Source: a bacterium (GTDB lineage: Bacteria; SAR324; NAC60-12). From it: DNA of 12,212 bases. The stretch spans positions 1 to 12,212 of the forward strand of contig CBDDTI010000626.1 of the NCBI GenBank assembly GCA_965233585.1. The letters run 5' to 3'. Shown here in pieces: positions 9,752 through 12,212 of this stretch. The position numbers and the translations under genes were made by a program. Under the pieces are notes generated by a model. That model searched no databases. It saw only the letters and a program-made list of their open reading frames with translations, and was not told the DNA's origin. The first letter of the stretch is position 1, and every line of letters starts with the position of its first letter.

Positions 9752-9757
9752 TTTATT
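9752..9757 (-). promoter_or_regulatory. Candidate polyadenylation signal AATAAA of the cryptochrome gene
   Basis: First minus-strand AATAAA I found downstream of the stop at 10264, implying a ~500-nt 3' UTR. Unverified without transcript data. Confidence 0.4.
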
Positions 9758-10263
9758 GCCTTGAATTTGTTTTACACATTTTGATTAACATATATTCCAG
9801 CACCTCTTTCAGCTTAGTTGATAACTTTCTTGATGATCGTATCATATAACCTAAGTGGTCTTATCAAATCCCTTCACTCATCCTCCTCATCCCCTTCTCC
9901 CTCTACAAGAAATAAATAAGTTTTCTGGTAAACAACCTCTCCTGGCAAATTCTAATTATATCTTTTGGCGTGAAACACAAAAATTCCGGTTGAAACTAAG
10001 ATTTTATCGAGCAGAGGAATGTAACACTTACGTAAATTAGGTATGAAGATATTCTCGGGGAAGCTAATAAATCTTACTCTATTGTAAATGCCATTATGTA
10101 TCTATCACGGTCAACGTTACAACAAATACTTGAATAAATATCAAATCGTAGTTGATGTAGAGCGGCGAGTACTGAATTACGTCATGGTTAAGTCAAGTTA
10201 TTGTTTTCAACTACTGTTAATGTTTTGCGCATATAGATACTCAATGTCGGCTTCGTGGAACAA

Positions 10264-10462
10264 TCACTTAGTAGCAGATAATTTGAAAGCGAGGTCGCGG
10301 AGCCTTTGCACACACACAACACGTTGCTGCCTGTGATCAACAAGTGGGGCAGGATAATCTTGACCAATCACACAGCCACAAGACTCTTGGAGATCACGTG
10401 GTGCCATCCACGGTTCATAAATGTAGTTTGTGGGAAGGTTTCTTACCTCTGGCACATATTTT
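10264..10462 (-). CDS. cry: Cryptochrome/(6-4) photolyase-family gene, last coding exon
   Basis: Acceptor tttcAG at 10464-10463. The phase-2 junction AG+A gives Arg, then KYVPEVRNLPTNYIYEPWMAPRDLQESCGCVIGQDYPAPLVDH...SATK*. Matches the YIYEPW..P....CxIGxDYPxP motif of the FAD-binding domain. Confidence 0.92.
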
Positions 10463-10651
10463 CTGAAACAAAATTAAAGAAACGAGGGTTAATGGTGTTA
10501 CAACAGCCTACTACTTGAAAGAAATACACCGCGACCAGAGTAAACAGACGAGACCAAACTTTTCTCCACATTGACGGCACATCTAGTCTGACGATTTTTC
10601 CCTCGGCAAAATTTAAAGCCGACCAACTGCACCAATAGGGCAACAAATCTG

Positions 10652-10890
10652 GGCCAGGATGTTCAAAGCTTGATTAAGCTAACCCAGGGTTAGCGAGAAT
10701 TTTGATTTCAGTTTTGTAACTTTTTGGTGAGGTGTTCTGTTTATATTGTTTGCCCTGCAGTTTTAAACTCTAGTAACCTCAAACTACACCAAACGTTAGA
10801 GGTGAAAAACATTTTTAAACAAGAAAAAATGATGCTGCAGTTAACTTTTAATCCTGGGTTAACGTCAACCGGCTTTCGAACAACCCGGCC
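10652..10890. mobile_element. Harbinger-type MITE (239 bp) with CTG TSD in the last cry intron
   Basis: Imperfect ~40-bp TIRs GGCCAGGATGTTCAAAGC...GCTTTCGAACAACCCGGCC. CTG at 10649-10651 and 10891-10893. Confidence 0.75.
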
Positions 10891-11140
10891 CTGGTCAACA
10901 GTCCTTGGCAAAAAAGTCTTCAGAAAAAAAACAACAATCAATGATGAAATATTACATTATGGGTAGGATAGAGAAAGACGTGGAAACAAAGAGCATCAAG
11001 GAAAAGCCGAAATCTCCCTCTAAGTTGTTTATAGTTCACTGGCTTCGGATTGCAGATCAAACATCCCCAGCTCTCTTTACTAGCAAGCTGGCAGAAGAAT
11101 GAAGTACAAATTAAGCAAAAGTGGAATTAAAATAACAAAC

Positions 11141-11292
11141 CTGACATATTCACCAGTGGGATCAACCTTTTTTCCAACCTCCACTGGACAGAACCAAGGC
11201 ACATGCTCCTTCACAAAAGTGCTTCCTGACAGCCACAGCCAGTTGCCGACATTCAGACTCCACTCCGCATCTAGCTGAAGCTCGTCAAAAAC
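11141..11292 (-). CDS. cry: Cryptochrome/(6-4) photolyase-family gene, penultimate coding exon
   Basis: Acceptor ttgcAG at 11294-11293 and donor GT at 11140-11139. Encodes VFDELQLDAEWSLNVGNWLWLSGSTFVKEHVPWFCPVEVGKKVDPTGEYV (152 nt); phases are consistent with both neighbouring exons. Confidence 0.93.
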
Positions 11293-11380
11293 CTGCAATG
11301 AACAATTCGAAGTACTCTTAGAGCCAGCTCATTCATGTAATGACTAATTTGCATTACACTCTTTGGTTATGAAATATTGG

Positions 11381-11440
11381 TACAGTTGAACTGGAACCCT
11401 CAAGGGAAACAACAGTTTGAAACGGCAGGAGTTAAGTTTG
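11381..11440. mobile_element. Possible decayed end of a Tc1/pogo-like MITE
   Basis: TA|CAGTTGAAC...GAACCCTCAAGGGAAAC resembles TA-CAGT termini. No partner TIR found. Confidence 0.3.
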
Positions 11441-11703
11441 AATAGACATTTTTCTTTAGAAAATATCCATATTGCTCTTTGGAATTAGAAATCCGACAGT
11501 CCTCTTTTGTTTTAATTGTTAGACTAATTTAATTGTTATACATATTTTAGCGTGTCACATACCTTTTTAAAGTATCGTTGCATATTTGAGTCTTTCTATA
11601 TCTCTAATTTTTAACACGTCCCTTTTTTATTCTGTAAATATTTATGCCAGGGCCACTGGTTTTTCAGTGATTATTGTTATGTGCTTCCCTCAATAAATTA
11701 AGT

Positions 11704-11750
11704 TGATGATGATGATGACGATGATAATGATGATGATTATTATAATTATA
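11704..11750. repeat. (GAT)n grading into (TAT)n microsatellite, intronic
   Basis: tgatgatgatgatgacgatgataatgatgatgattattat. Confidence 0.85.
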
Positions 11751-11861
11751 AATTTTTATTAGTATAATTTCCAGAGGTGAATATATGAATTGGATTTCAC
11801 TCGAGTCCTAATCAAGTCGAGTCCTAATCAATAAACTTGGTAACCACTCAATAAAACTGAC

Positions 11862-12002
11862 CTTAAACCCTTCTTCCCAGCTGACCCAAAGACAACCACG
11901 TGTCAAGAATGAGCCAACGGCCTTTCGTGCAACATCATGAATCCATCCTTCTAAGTGGAGCTGTCTCATAATAGCGTCAATCCAAGGAAAACCAGTCATA
12001 CC
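11862..12002 (-). CDS. cry: Cryptochrome/(6-4) photolyase-family gene, internal exon (FAD-binding domain); gene continues beyond the window
   Basis: Acceptor cgtAG at 12004-12003 and donor GTcagt starting at 11861. The 141 nt encode [47 protein letters not shown], matching the animal CRY motif [45 protein letters not shown]. Confidence 0.95.
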
Positions 12003-12015
12003 CTACGACAAACAT

Positions 12016-12212
12016 GGCAAAGGTAACGTCTGCATACAAGCCAAGTGACCGATCAGGCATGAGCTTATCCCGGTTATTAGTATGAAGGGACTGGAAGTAT
12101 TTCTACTCTCGCCTGGATGGGATGCTAGTCCATCCCAGGGTACCCCCAGCATTAAATTCGCCGGTACCCATTTCTGTACGTAGATAGGTAAGTGTCTTGT
12201 CCAAGAACACAA
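12016..12212 (-). mobile_element. 3' part of a SINE (CORE-like block) in the cry intron, cut by the window edge
   Basis: Minus strand TTGTGTTCTTGGACAAGACACTT...AAATGGGTACCGGCGAATTTAATGCTGGGGGTACCCTGGGATGGACTAGCATCCCATCCAGG...GTATGCAGACGTTACCTTTGCC. The first block resembles the MIR/CORE domain; recognised from recalled similarity to cnidarian SINEs. Confidence 0.7.

Noticed and set aside
10396..10401. E-box CACGTG (another at 11897-11902)
   Set aside because: Both lie within coding exons and are explainable by codon content.

Overview
Eukaryotic, transposon-dense animal genomic DNA. The repeat types and the cryptochrome suggest an anthozoan such as a stony coral, which is an inference. The right end holds the last three coding exons (minus strand) of a cryptochrome/(6-4) photolyase-family gene. 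Its (6-4) catalytic His-His-Tyr triad is replaced by Asp-Lys-Phe, while the visible Trp electron-transfer chain and the FAD N5-proximal Asn are kept. The remaining ~9 kb downstream is a mosaic of mobile elements: a MITE with perfect 68-bp TIRs, a LINE 3' fragment, a near-intact Penelope-like element (RT + GIY-YIG), a PIF/Harbinger MITE, a decayed Ty3/gypsy element with PPT and 3' LTR, a tRNA-derived SINE and microsatellites. The Penelope-like element carries a variant minimal hammerhead ribozyme and an inverted 5' segment, and the gypsy element contains an internal ~105-bp fold-back duplication. A second Harbinger MITE and another SINE lie in the cryptochrome introns. No prokaryotic system (CRISPR, operon) is present. 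Most of the short listed ORFs are spurious or are TE fragments.
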